Source: Gemmatimonadota bacterium
Lineage (GTDB): Bacteria > Gemmatimonadota > Gemmatimonadetes > Longimicrobiales > Gaopeijiaceae
DNA: 64,000 nt
Assembly (NCBI GenBank): GCA_034521595.1
Contig: JAXHMG010000003.1
Span: 128,001 to 192,000 of the forward strand
Direction: 5' to 3'
Numbering within the stretch: position 1 is the stretch's first letter; each line of letters opens with the position of its first letter. This document shows, one piece after another, positions 1 to 9,150 of the stretch. The notes under the pieces were generated by a model. The model did not search any database and was not told the origin of the DNA. It saw only the letters and a list, made by a program, of their open reading frames with translations. The position numbers and the translations under genes are program-made.

Positions 1-1170
1 GCGGCCTTCTTGCTTCCCATCCTCCATCAGCTCCTCGGTGCGTCCCGCGGAACCACGCGGGCGCTCGTCATGGCGCCCACGCGAGAGCTCGCGCTCCAGA
101 TCGTGGCCGATTTCGAAGGCCTGGCGAAGCACACCGACCTCCGGGCGGCGGCCGTCTACGGCGGGGTGGGCATGAAGCCTCAGGAGCGGGCTTTTCGTGA
201 CGGCGTGGACCTCATCGCGGCCACTCCGGGACGCCTCCTCGACCACTTCCAGTACGGCTACGCGAAGCTCACGGGCCTCGAGTACCTCGTCCTGGACGAG
301 GCCGATCGAATGCTGGACATGGGGTTCTTGCCCGATATCCGCAGGGTGTTGAAGCACGTCCCGCGCCCGAAGCAGACGTTCTTCTTCAGCGCGACCATGC
401 CGCCTCCCATCGAGTCCCTGACCCGCGAGATCCTGCGTGACCCCGCGCGGATCGCGCTGCAGCGCCGCGCCGCTCCCGCGGAAGGCGTCAAGCAGGCGGT
501 GTATCCGGTCCCGCAGGACCTCAAAGGGGCTCTTCTGGTCGAGCTGCTCCAGAGCGACGTCGTGGATGACGCGCTCGTCTTCACCCGGACCAAGCACCGC
601 GCGAACCGGCTGACCAAGGTGCTCGAGCGGAACGGCATCGCCGCCGAGCGGATTCACGGAAACCGGTCCCAGGCACAGCGGACGAAGGCGCTCGAAGGGT
701 TCAAGACCGGACGGTACCGCGTTCTGGTCGCGACCGACATCGCCGCTCGGGGCATCGACGTCGAAGAGCTCGGCCACGTGGTGAACTTCGACTTGCCCGA
801 GGTGCCCGAGGACTATATCCACCGCGTGGGCCGGACTGGACGCGCTGCCGCCACGGGTGACGCGGTCAGCCTCGTCTCTCCCGCCGAAGAGCAGGGGCTT
901 TCGCGGATCGAGCGCGCGGTGGGCTCCAAGCTGCCGCGGTTGAAGGTGGACGGCTTTGCCTACGGTGCATCCGCGGACGAGCCGCTGGAGATTCCGCTCA
1001 AGCAGCGCCTCGCGGAGATGCGTGGGAAGAAGGCGGACGACCGTGCGAGATCGGCCGCCAAGAAGGAGTCCAATGGCTCGCGAAAGCAGGGATCGAACGG
1101 TTCGGGAGGGAGCGGAGGATCGAGCCGCGGCGGTAGGCGTCGAGGACGAGGCGGTCGGGGCCGGCGTTGA
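1..1170 (+). CDS. DEAD/DEAH-box RNA helicase (RhlE-like), 5'-partial
   Basis: Motifs PTRELA, TPGRL, LDEAD, SAT, ARGID, YIHRVGRTGR; basic Gly/Arg tail; frame is open to the window edge. Confidence 0.95.
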   Translation, partial: AAFLLPILHQLLGASRGTTRALVMAPTRELALQIVADFEGLAKHTDLRAAAVYGGVGMKPQERAFRDGVDLIAATPGRLLDHFQYGYAKLTGLEYLVLDEADRMLDMGFLPDIRRVLKHVPRPKQTFFFSATMPPPIESLTREILRDPARIALQRRAAPAEGVKQAVYPVPQDLKGALLVELLQSDVVDDALVFTRTKHRANRLTKVLERNGIAAERIHGNRSQAQRTKALEGFKTGRYRVLVATDIAARGIDVEELGHVVNFDLPEVPEDYIHRVGRTGRAAATGDAVSLVSPAEEQGLSRIERAVGSKLPRLKVDGFAYGASADEPLEIPLKQRLAEMRGKKADDRARSAAKKESNGSRKQGSNGSGGSGGSSRGGRRRGRGGRGRR

Positions 1171-1186
1171 GCGTCGGTTCCGCGCC

Positions 1187-1215
1187 TTGACATCCGCGCG
1201 GGCCGGGTGTCTAAT
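1187..1215 (+). promoter_or_regulatory. sigma70-type promoter for the leader/ilvE unit
   Basis: TTGACA (1187-1192), 17-bp spacer, TCTAAT (1210-1215). Confidence 0.7.
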
Positions 1216-1251
1216 CCGGGCTCGAGCGTGCCTCGGACGAGGAAGCGACGA

Positions 1252-1377
1252 ATGCGTGACGTGACCGCCGTGCAGCTCAGGAGCCTTATGAGCGGCCTCG
1301 GCCTCATGCGGAGCGAGCTCGTAGTAGTGGAGTTCATCCGTGAGGGGAGGGGTCGCCGCGGGGGCGTGCGCGTGTAA
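1252..1377 (+). CDS. ilv attenuator leader peptide (41 aa; alternative ATG at 1288)
   Basis: MRDVTAVQLRSLMSGLGLMRSELVVVEFIREGRGRRGGVRV*; control codons CTC GTA GTA GTG at 1318-1329; lies between promoter and terminator upstream of ilvE. Confidence 0.7.
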   Translation: MRDVTAVQLRSLMSGLGLMRSELVVVEFIREGRGRRGGVRV

Positions 1378-1410
1378 TCGCAACACCACACCTCGGACAG
1401 CCGGCGAAAC

Positions 1411-1445
1411 CGGGACCCCTCTTCTGTGGAGGGGTCCCGTTTTTT
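1411..1445 (+). terminator. attenuator (rho-independent) terminator upstream of ilvE
   Basis: 11-bp stem CGGGACCCCTC/GAGGGGTCCCG, 7-nt loop, then TTTTTT; ends 18 nt before the ilvE ATG. Confidence 0.85.
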
Positions 1446-1463
1446 CACCATGGGAGACCCATC

Positions 1464-2312
1464 ATGACAGCATCCTGGACGTTCTTCGACGACGAATGGA
1501 AGTCGGGCAACGTGCCCCTCATCGGTTCCATGACCCAGGCGGTGTGGCTCTCGTCGATCGTGTTCGACGGAGCGCGGGCCTTCGATGGGCTCGCTCCCGA
1601 CCTCGACCTGCACGCCGCGCGTGCCATTGACTCGGCTCGCAAGATGGGACTCGAGCCGCGGGAAGATGTCGACGAGATCGTGCGGCGCTGCGAGGAAGGC
1701 GTGAGGAAGTTCGGGTCCGATGCGGCACTCTATATTCGCCCGATGTTCTTCGGCGAGGGCGGCTTCATCATCCCCGAGCCCGACAGCGCCCGCTTCGCTC
1801 TGGTGATCCACGAGCTTCCGATGCCGGCGGCGTCGGGCTTCAGCGCCTGCCTTTCCAAGTACCGGAGGCCCTCGCCCGAAACCGCGGTGACGGATGCGAA
1901 GGCGTCGGCACTCTACCCGAACGTGGCAAGGGCGCTCGCCGCGGCCCGGGCCCGGGGGTTCGACAATGCGGTCAAGTTGGACCTGAACGGGAACGTCGCC
2001 GAGTTCGCGACATCCAACCTCTTCATGGTCAAGGACGGCGTTGCGCACACACCCACTCCGAACGGCACGTTTCTGAACGGGATCACGAAGCAACGCGTGA
2101 CGAACCTTCTCCGCGAGGACGGGGTCGAGGTCGTGGAGCGCCGCGTCACCTGGAACGACCTCGTGGACGCGGACGAAGTCTTCAGCACCGGCAACCACGG
2201 GAAGGTGGTTCCCTGCGTGCGGCTCGAAGACCGCGAGGTCGGCCGCGGGAAGGTCGGCGAGCGGGCGCGGAAGCTGTACTTCGAGTTCGCGAAGGAGCAT
2301 CCGGTCAGGTGA
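1464..2312 (+). CDS. ilvE: branched-chain amino acid aminotransferase (PLP fold IV)
   Basis: FDGARAF, LYIRP, AKASALY (PLP Lys), EFATSNLF, LNGITKQ, EVFSTGN. Confidence 0.9.
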   Translation: MTASWTFFDDEWKSGNVPLIGSMTQAVWLSSIVFDGARAFDGLAPDLDLHAARAIDSARKMGLEPREDVDEIVRRCEEGVRKFGSDAALYIRPMFFGEGGFIIPEPDSARFALVIHELPMPAASGFSACLSKYRRPSPETAVTDAKASALYPNVARALAAARARGFDNAVKLDLNGNVAEFATSNLFMVKDGVAHTPTPNGTFLNGITKQRVTNLLREDGVEVVERRVTWNDLVDADEVFSTGNHGKVVPCVRLEDREVGRGKVGERARKLYFEFAKEHPVR

Positions 2313-2482
2313 GTGGATGCGGAGGGGCGTATGGGCCCGTGCTGCGCTGTCCCGGCCCTGGTGCCGGGGAGCCCGTGTTGGAAGATTAAAGGGGCGGACG
2401 CGTCTCGAGTTGACCGCTTCGCGCGTGAGCGACGCGGACCGGAGGAACTACCACGGGCTGTTACGCCCAGAGGGTTGCAATC

Positions 2483-3094
2483 ATGACGGAGAAAGGTCGG
2501 GCACGCCGCGCTACCATGATCGCGGCGACGGTCGTCTTATGCGCCTGCATCCCCGCAGCATCGGATGCGCAGGATCGCATCGAGCCCGCGGATTCGCTGC
2601 TCCAGATCCAGTCCATCTCCCCGCGGAGCGGGCCGGTCGGCACCGAGGTCGAAGTGTATACGGACAACATGCCGCTCGAGGCGAGGTTCCACATCGGCGT
2701 GGGAGCGACGCGGTCGGGGTTCGAGTCACTGTACGAGGCAGACCAGGTCGCGCTCGGAGAGATCACGGTCACGCTCCCGATTCCGGAAGCGGTGAGCTCC
2801 GAACGCCCCGTCGTGTTCGTGGCGTTCAACGCCGTGTTCAGCCCTATCGCGATGTCCAGGCCGTTTCACGTCACCGACGAGCAGGGGCGCATGTACCGCA
2901 CCGGGGAGGTCGGTTCGGTCGACGGGTCGTGCGTGACGTTCCAGGACGCGGACGGCTACGCGTACGAGCTCGTCGGCCGGACCGATGCGCTCGCGCCGGG
3001 TGACTCGGTGGTCCTCGAAGCCGAGTACGTCGGGGAGAGCGACTGTGTGGACGGCGCGGAGATCCGGGTCGTGGAGGTTCGTCCGAAGGGCTGA
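2483..3094 (+). CDS. secreted hypothetical protein (Ig-like N-domain plus small OB-like C-domain)
   Basis: Signal-peptide-like N-terminus; ISPRSGPVGTEV IPT-like start; paired Cys in C-domain; coding-like codon usage. Confidence 0.6.
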   Translation: MTEKGRARRATMIAATVVLCACIPAASDAQDRIEPADSLLQIQSISPRSGPVGTEVEVYTDNMPLEARFHIGVGATRSGFESLYEADQVALGEITVTLPIPEAVSSERPVVFVAFNAVFSPIAMSRPFHVTDEQGRMYRTGEVGSVDGSCVTFQDADGYAYELVGRTDALAPGDSVVLEAEYVGESDCVDGAEIRVVEVRPKG

Positions 3095-3115
3095 GGCACC
3101 GGGCCGCCGAAGCCG

Positions 3116-4870
3116 TCAGTTCGTGCTCGCGATCGCGCTCCGGATCGCGTCGGACGTCACGGACGCCCGGAAGTCCACGATCTCACGAGCCAGCTCCAGG
3201 GCCTCTTCCCGATCGGCGATCGAGAAGCCGTTGATGTGCGCCTGCCGGGTTCGGAGTCGTTCTTCGTAGCGCACCGAGCGCGGATCTTCGAAGAACATGT
3301 TGAGCGTGATGACCGGGTCGTCGTGCAGGTCGTCGCTCTCCCCCGGCACGAGCCCGTGGTCCCGCATGTGCTCGGAGACGGAGCCGTAGTCGTAGTATTC
3401 GGGAATGTAGTGTGCGGACGCGCTTCCACCCCAGGCCCCGTCGAGCCGCGTCGCGACGTTTTCCATCCCGCGCTGGTTGCCGCCGCTGTCCCCGATGAAG
3501 ACGACGTGCTCGAAGCCGTGTGCCTGAAGACTGTTGGCCATGTCGGTCAGCACCGCTTCGAACGTCTCCTGCCGCAGGCTGATCGTGCCCGGGCTCGTCA
3601 TGTGGCCCGTCGGAGGCTCGATGCCGCCTTCCGGAACGAACGCGAGCACCGGCGCGCACAGCGCGTTCTCGAGAGTGCGCGCGACCGCTTCACAGTTGGC
3701 TCGGAGCACGTAGTTGTGCTTCCCGGTGACGAGCCAGGGACCGTTGGGCTCCAGGCCCCCCGTCGGGATGATGGCCGTCGTGCGTCCGTCGGCCAGCGCG
3801 TCGCGCACGTCCATCCAGGTCATCTCCTCGATCCAGACGGTGTTGGCTTCCGGAAGGGGGTTCGGGGTGTCGTCACAGTTGTACTCGTTGACCGCACAGT
3901 TTCCGCCGCCCATGCTGCGCGGATCGGGCTCCGGTCGCGGGCCTCCTCCTCCGGTGGACCGACGGCGCTCCGGAGCCGGGAGCGTCCCACGGTGCGCGAC
4001 GGCCGTGCGGATCGCTTTCGATGTCTCAGCCGCTCGGAAATCCACGATCTCGCGCCCCCACTCGAGCGCCTGGACCCGGTCGGCGAGGGACACGCCGTTG
4101 ATGGTGGCGAGCCCCGCCTCGACCCGCTCGTCGTAGCGGATCGACGCCGGGTCCGCTACGAGCATGTTCAGGCTGATGATGGGGTCGTCGTGCAGGCCGT
4201 CGCTCTCGCCCTGCTCGAATCCCCGAAACGCCATGTACCGGTCCACGGTCCCGTAGTCGTAGTACTCCTGGACATGCGCCACCACCGTGCCGTCCCACAT
4301 CTCGTTGAGCCGTTCGGCGACCGCCCGCTGGCCCGCTTGGTTTCCGCCGCTGTCCCCGATGAAGATGATGTTGCGGAACCCGTGCGCCTTCAGGCTGCGC
4401 GCGATGTCGGTGAGGAGCGCCTCGAAGGTCTCTCGTGTGGCGCTCAGGGTCCCGGGACTCGTCATGTGTCCGCTCGGCGGGTCGATCGACCCTTCGGGCA
4501 CGAGTTTCACCACCGGCGCACAGAGGGCGTCGCCCAACCGTCTCGCGATCGCGTCGCAGTTGGCGCGCAGCACGTAGTTGTGCTTGCCCGTGGCGAGCCA
4601 GGGGCCGTTCGGTTCCACTCCTCCGGTCGGGATGATGGCCGTGGTCTTGCCCTCGTGCAGCGCGTCGCGCACGTCCATCCAGGTCATCTCCTCGATCCAC
4701 ACCGTGTTGGCGTCCGGAAGAGGATTCGGCGTGCCCGCGCAGTTATAGGGGCTCTCTTCGCAGTCGCCGCCTCCCATGGATCGGGAGACGTCGGCGTCTT
4801 GTGCCGAGAGCGGGCTGCTCGCGAGCGCGATCGCGGCCAGGAGCGTGCCACGGGTTCGTGGTGGGTGCAT
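3116..4870 (-). CDS. secreted creatininase-family protein with two tandem domains
   Basis: Two copies of WIEEMTWMDVRDAL..TTAIIPTGGxEPNGP..PGT..GDSGGNQ; signal peptide from ATG 4870. Confidence 0.85.
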   Translation of the reverse strand: MHPPRTRGTLLAAIALASSPLSAQDADVSRSMGGGDCEESPYNCAGTPNPLPDANTVWIEEMTWMDVRDALHEGKTTAIIPTGGVEPNGPWLATGKHNYVLRANCDAIARRLGDALCAPVVKLVPEGSIDPPSGHMTSPGTLSATRETFEALLTDIARSLKAHGFRNIIFIGDSGGNQAGQRAVAERLNEMWDGTVVAHVQEYYDYGTVDRYMAFRGFEQGESDGLHDDPIISLNMLVADPASIRYDERVEAGLATINGVSLADRVQALEWGREIVDFRAAETSKAIRTAVAHRGTLPAPERRRSTGGGGPRPEPDPRSMGGGNCAVNEYNCDDTPNPLPEANTVWIEEMTWMDVRDALADGRTTAIIPTGGLEPNGPWLVTGKHNYVLRANCEAVARTLENALCAPVLAFVPEGGIEPPTGHMTSPGTISLRQETFEAVLTDMANSLQAHGFEHVVFIGDSGGNQRGMENVATRLDGAWGGSASAHYIPEYYDYGSVSEHMRDHGLVPGESDDLHDDPVITLNMFFEDPRSVRYEERLRTRQAHINGFSIADREEALELAREIVDFRASVTSDAIRSAIASTN

Positions 4871-5088
4871 CGATCGGTCTCCCGCCGAGTGGAGGGGGCA
4901 GGGTGGCCGGGTTCGGTTCCGGACTCCTGTTCGGAGCACAATGGAGGGCGAGCGAGCGTCCCGCCAGAGGGGCACCGCTTCGACGCGCTTTCATACCCGA
5001 CCGGGAGGCGACCTCCGGTGCGAAGGAGGGGTAGCAAAGCGCAAAGGGCGTCCCCGAGAGTTGGCCCCACTTCCGGTCCGGAGTCACC

Positions 5089-6273
5089 ATGAAACCATGC
5101 CGTGCGGGCGTGCTGCGTTCGCTCACGCTCTCCTGTGGCCTTTTGTTGAGCGCCGGGCTGCTTCCGTCCTGGACTTCCGCGCAAGCGCTCACGCCCGCAG
5201 ACTCCGCGGCCGTGCTCTTCGAGGTGGCGCGGGAGTTCGATGAGGACGGTCGGAGCGAGGTCGCCGCGGCCCTCTACGAGCTGGTGTCGGAGCGATTCCC
5301 CGAGACACCGTCGGGAGCCCGAGCCCGGGCGGTCCTCGATGCTTGGCGGGGCACGCGGTCCGAGCGTAGCGGACGGGTCGAGCTCCAAGTTTGGAGCACC
5401 TTGTACGGTCTGTGGCTCGGCGTAGCGGTCCCCACGGCCCTCGGTGCCACGGACTCCGAGGCATACGGCGCGGGGATTCTCCTCGGGGCCCCGGCGGGAT
5501 TTCTGGTCGCACGCGCACACACCCGGTCCCGGGAGCTGTCGGAAGGTCAGACCCGTGCCATCACCTGGGGCGGAACGTGGGGGACGTGGCAGGGGCTCGG
5601 GTGGGCGAGCGTCCTCGATCTCGGTCAGGAGCAGGTCTGTGAGCGAGACTTCTGCTACGAAACCGGCGATCCGACGGAGGCTCGGTTCGCGTCCATGATC
5701 GCAGGTGGCCTCGCAGGGGGGCTCACGGGCGGATGGCTGTCCCGCCGTGACATCGACGCCGGCGTGGCCAGTGGTGCGCACTACGGTTCGCTGTGGGGAT
5801 CCTGGCTCGGGGTGGCGGGTGGTGTCCTGGGAGATCTCGAGAACGATGATCTGATGGCCGCGACCCTCCTCGCCGGGAACGCCGGGTTGGTGGGCGGGGC
5901 GCATCTCGCTGGACGACACGGCCTGAGCCGCAACCGCGTCCGGCTCATCAGCCTGGGTGGGTTGCTCGGCGGGCTGGCAGGCGTGGGCGTGGATCTGCTC
6001 GTGCAGCCCGACGACGAAAAGGTCGTGATCGGGATCCCACTCGTTCTGAGCGGCGCCGGTCTCACCGCGGCGACCTATATGACGCGCGACGAAGATGTCC
6101 GTTCGGGGGGAACGGGCGGTGGGGCGGGGCATGCGCTCTTGCGCTTCGACAGGGACGGATGGTCCGCCGACGTGCCCGTGCCCTCACCCACCTTGCTCCG
6201 GGCGTTGGATCCCAATGGCCGTGAGGTTTGGCGGCCGGGCTTGAAGATCGCGCTCCTGCACGGGACGTTCTGA
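5089..6273 (+). CDS. Gly-rich multi-pass membrane protein with N-terminal TPR-like domain
   Basis: Signal peptide; short helical domain (YELVSERFPETP); repeated GxxWGxWxG hydrophobic segments. Confidence 0.65.
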   Translation: MKPCRAGVLRSLTLSCGLLLSAGLLPSWTSAQALTPADSAAVLFEVAREFDEDGRSEVAAALYELVSERFPETPSGARARAVLDAWRGTRSERSGRVELQVWSTLYGLWLGVAVPTALGATDSEAYGAGILLGAPAGFLVARAHTRSRELSEGQTRAITWGGTWGTWQGLGWASVLDLGQEQVCERDFCYETGDPTEARFASMIAGGLAGGLTGGWLSRRDIDAGVASGAHYGSLWGSWLGVAGGVLGDLENDDLMAATLLAGNAGLVGGAHLAGRHGLSRNRVRLISLGGLLGGLAGVGVDLLVQPDDEKVVIGIPLVLSGAGLTAATYMTRDEDVRSGGTGGGAGHALLRFDRDGWSADVPVPSPTLLRALDPNGREVWRPGLKIALLHGTF

Positions 6274-6296
6274 GGCGGGGTCGTCCGGCGGGACGC

Positions 6297-7181
6297 TCAA
6301 CCTTCCAAGAGCCTGGCGTATCCCTCTCGAAAGGTGGGGTAACGGAAGTCGTAGCCGGCCTCCACCAGTCGATCGCTGGAGCAGCGCTTGTTGGTTCGGT
6401 TCCGTCGCGACGGTGCGGAATCCCTCTCGGCGGTCATGGCGGTCGGGTCGCACGGGTCGGGCACGCCCAGGCGTTCCGCGAGCCAGGAGTACACGGCGCG
6501 GAGGGGCGCCGGATCGCGGTCGACGCCCAGATAGAGCGCGTCGGGATTCGGGAGTGAGAGCAGGTGCCGAGCCGCGCCCGCCGCGTCCGTGCGGTGGATG
6601 CGGTTGGTGTATCGATCGGGCTCGGGGCAGTTCGCCTCACCGCTGCGAACACGGCGGATGATCCGGTCGCGTCCGGGGCCGTAGATGCCTCCGAGCCTGA
6701 GGACGATGCCGGGGCTCCCGAGCGTGGTGGCCAAGCGCTCGCCTTCGAGGAGCGCCGCGCCTTTGGCGTCGGCCGGATGGGGCGGAGTGTCCTCCTTCAC
6801 CCATCCCCCGCCCGCCTCGCCGTACACGCCCGTGCTGGAGATCAGCACGAGCCGTCCCTCGTACGACCGTCCATCGCCGGCGGCCGCGCGCACCACGTGC
6901 TCGAGCCCGGTTACATAGGCGTCGCGGTACGCTTCCTCTTCGCGCCCGGCCGGAGCTACCGCGTAGACGATCGCGTCCGGCTCGGGCACGATGCCGTCGA
7001 GGGTCGCGGGGTCGGTCACGTCGCCTCCGACAGGGCGCACGCCGGGCGGCAGCGTTTCGACCTGCCGCCGCAGGCCCCATACCGTGCATCCGTCCTCGAT
7101 CAGCATATGCGCAAGCACCGAGCCCACGTAGCCGCATCCGGCGATCAGCACCGACCGCGGTGCCTCCCTTCGTTCGCTCAA
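6297..7181 (-). CDS. NAD-dependent epimerase/SDR (YeeZ-like)
   Basis: IAGCGYVG, ISSTGVYG, LRLGGIYGPGR, NRIH; probable TTG start overlaps the USP stop (TTGA). Confidence 0.85.
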   Translation of the reverse strand: MSERREAPRSVLIAGCGYVGSVLAHMLIEDGCTVWGLRRQVETLPPGVRPVGGDVTDPATLDGIVPEPDAIVYAVAPAGREEEAYRDAYVTGLEHVVRAAAGDGRSYEGRLVLISSTGVYGEAGGGWVKEDTPPHPADAKGAALLEGERLATTLGSPGIVLRLGGIYGPGRDRIIRRVRSGEANCPEPDRYTNRIHRTDAAGAARHLLSLPNPDALYLGVDRDPAPLRAVYSWLAERLGVPDPCDPTAMTAERDSAPSRRNRTNKRCSSDRLVEAGYDFRYPTFREGYARLLEG

Positions 7182-8068
7182 CGCGGCTCGTTGGGGGGCA
7201 CGATGAGGACCGGGCAGGTGGAGGCCTCCACCACCCTGCGGGAGACGCTTCCGAGCACGAGTGCGTGGCCGTGCGTGTGACCCCGGGTTCCCAGCACGAT
7301 CAAATCCGCTTCGATGCGCTCCGCCGCGAGCGCGATCTCGAGCTCCGGCCGGCCGTAGACGGCTCCGGCGGCGAAACGGTCCCCGTCGAGGCCGGCGTTG
7401 TCCGCACGTCCGCGCACCCACTTGCGCGTCCGCTCCACGATCTGGTCACGCGTCTTCCGGTATTCCTCTTCAGACGAGAACAGAGTGGTGTTCACGGAGA
7501 CGCCGGGCGGTTGAACGGCGGAGAGCACCTCCCCCGTCATGTCCTCGAAGGCTTCGGCGAGGAGGGTCGCCCACGCCAGAACTTCCGATCGGACCGGTGA
7601 TTCGTCGATCGCCACCAGCACTTGCTTCGGGCGGCCCGCTGGAGGGGCGTGGGCGATGAGGACCGGCATTGTCGCGCTCCCGAGCACCGTGGAGACGATG
7701 CTCCCGATCAGCCCTCCGGCCATCCCCTCCCGATGCGCGCCTACCACGATCAGGTCGGCTTCCTCCTCCCTCGCCAGCTCGGACAACCGGTTCCCCGGGG
7801 AGCCTTCGGCCACCACGATCCGACATCGCTCCGCTCCGACTTCGTCACGAAGGGCTTCGAGTCGTTTTTTCGCCTCCGCGCGAACCTCGCTCTCCTTCCG
7901 CTTGGCGTCGCGAACGGGGAGGAAGCGTCGCAGAGGGCTGGTCTCGACGGCATGTGCGAGCACCAACCGCGCTTCCGGGGCGAAGGTGGTCGCGGCCCAC
8001 TTGGCACCGGCAAGCGAGGGTGCCGTGAGGTCGACGCCGATGAGGACTGTTTCGAGGCGAGGGGGCAT
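7178..8068 (-). CDS. tandem-domain universal stress protein
   Basis: Two USP domains: ADLIVVGAH..GS..PVLI and ADLIVLGTRG..LGSVS..CPVLIV. Confidence 0.9.
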   Translation of the reverse strand: MPPRLETVLIGVDLTAPSLAGAKWAATTFAPEARLVLAHAVETSPLRRFLPVRDAKRKESEVRAEAKKRLEALRDEVGAERCRIVVAEGSPGNRLSELAREEEADLIVVGAHREGMAGGLIGSIVSTVLGSATMPVLIAHAPPAGRPKQVLVAIDESPVRSEVLAWATLLAEAFEDMTGEVLSAVQPPGVSVNTTLFSSEEEYRKTRDQIVERTRKWVRGRADNAGLDGDRFAAGAVYGRPELEIALAAERIEADLIVLGTRGHTHGHALVLGSVSRRVVEASTCPVLIVPPNEPR

Positions 8069-8292
8069 TGTCCCGTCAGTTGTCGTTCGTCGCGGGCGTC
8101 AGCGGTGTCCTGTTTACCGGTCCGCGGAGAGCGTGTTCCCGAGGCCTGGCGGAGGGTAGGGCGGTTTTCGACCCGTTGCGAGGTCCTCCATGAAGAGTCC
8201 ATGGGCGTCGCGTTGCCGTGAGGCGTTTCCCCGCCGCCTGTCGGGGGCACAAGGGAGCCGGGCCGGTCGTTGAGCCCGGGCGGAGATCCATG

Positions 8293-9150
8293 TCATGTAG
8301 CCGCACCACGCGCCTCCAACCGCTCGGCCAGGGCCGGCAGGACGGCCCCGAGGCGCGCGTCGAGCCGGCAGGCCGCCACGTCGTCGCCTCGCGTCGGGCC
8401 CTGGTTGGCGATCGCGACCGGTTTGTGCTCCTTGACGGCACGTAGAACGAACCGGCGTCCGGAGAAGACCGTCAGCGAAGAGCCGACCACCAACAGCAGC
8501 TCGCCGCGGGCGAACAGGTCCCATGTGCGTGCCAATCGGTCCTTGGGAACGTTCTCGCCGAAGAACACGACGTTCGGCTTCAAAATCCCCCCGCAGCGAG
8601 CACAGTCCGGGACCGAGAAGCCTTGCTCGGAGCCCGCCGCGAGCTCCGCGTCACCGTCGGCGACGTAACGTGAGGCCGACGCCTCGAAGCGCGGATTCAG
8701 AAGCTTCAACTGACGCTGGACATCGGTTCGGGACGTGACGTCCCCGCAGCCCATGCAGACGACCTCGTCCAGCCTCCCGTGAAGATCGACGACCGCACGG
8801 CTTCCGGCCGCTTGATGTAAGCCGTCCACGTTCTGGGTGATGACCCCCCGTACGAACCCCTTCCGCTCCAGAGCCGCGAGCGCACGGTGGGCCGCGTTCG
8901 GTCGGGAGCTGGAGAAACGAGGCCAACCGATCATGCTGCGTGCCCAGTACCGGGTCCGCTTCTCCGGAGCATTCATGAACTCCTGGAAGCGTATGGGTTG
9001 CCGGCCCTTCAGAGAGCCGTCGGGGCCGCGGTAGTCGGGAATTCCGGATTCGGTGGAACAGCCCGCGCCCGACAGCACGACGCATGGACGGGTACGAAGG
9101 AGATCCGCCAGCTCGTCGACCGTCGCCTGAGTCCGGGGCTCACTCGTCAT
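8293..9150 (-). CDS. NAD-dependent protein deacylase, Sir2 family (class II/SIRT4-like)
   Basis: GAGCSTESGIPDYRG, TQNVDGLH, CxxC..DGD..CxxC, LKPNVVFFGE, VGSSL; ATG 9150 overlaps the upstream stop. Confidence 0.92.
   Translation of the reverse strand: MTSEPRTQATVDELADLLRTRPCVVLSGAGCSTESGIPDYRGPDGSLKGRQPIRFQEFMNAPEKRTRYWARSMIGWPRFSSSRPNAAHRALAALERKGFVRGVITQNVDGLHQAAGSRAVVDLHGRLDEVVCMGCGDVTSRTDVQRQLKLLNPRFEASASRYVADGDAELAAGSEQGFSVPDCARCGGILKPNVVFFGENVPKDRLARTWDLFARGELLLVVGSSLTVFSGRRFVLRAVKEHKPVAIANQGPTRGDDVAACRLDARLGAVLPALAERLEARGAAT

Noticed and set aside
5000-5075. GCAAA..CGCAAAG resembling a c-di-GMP-I riboswitch
   Set aside because: Required GNRA-capped hairpin between the motifs and the receptor stem are missing
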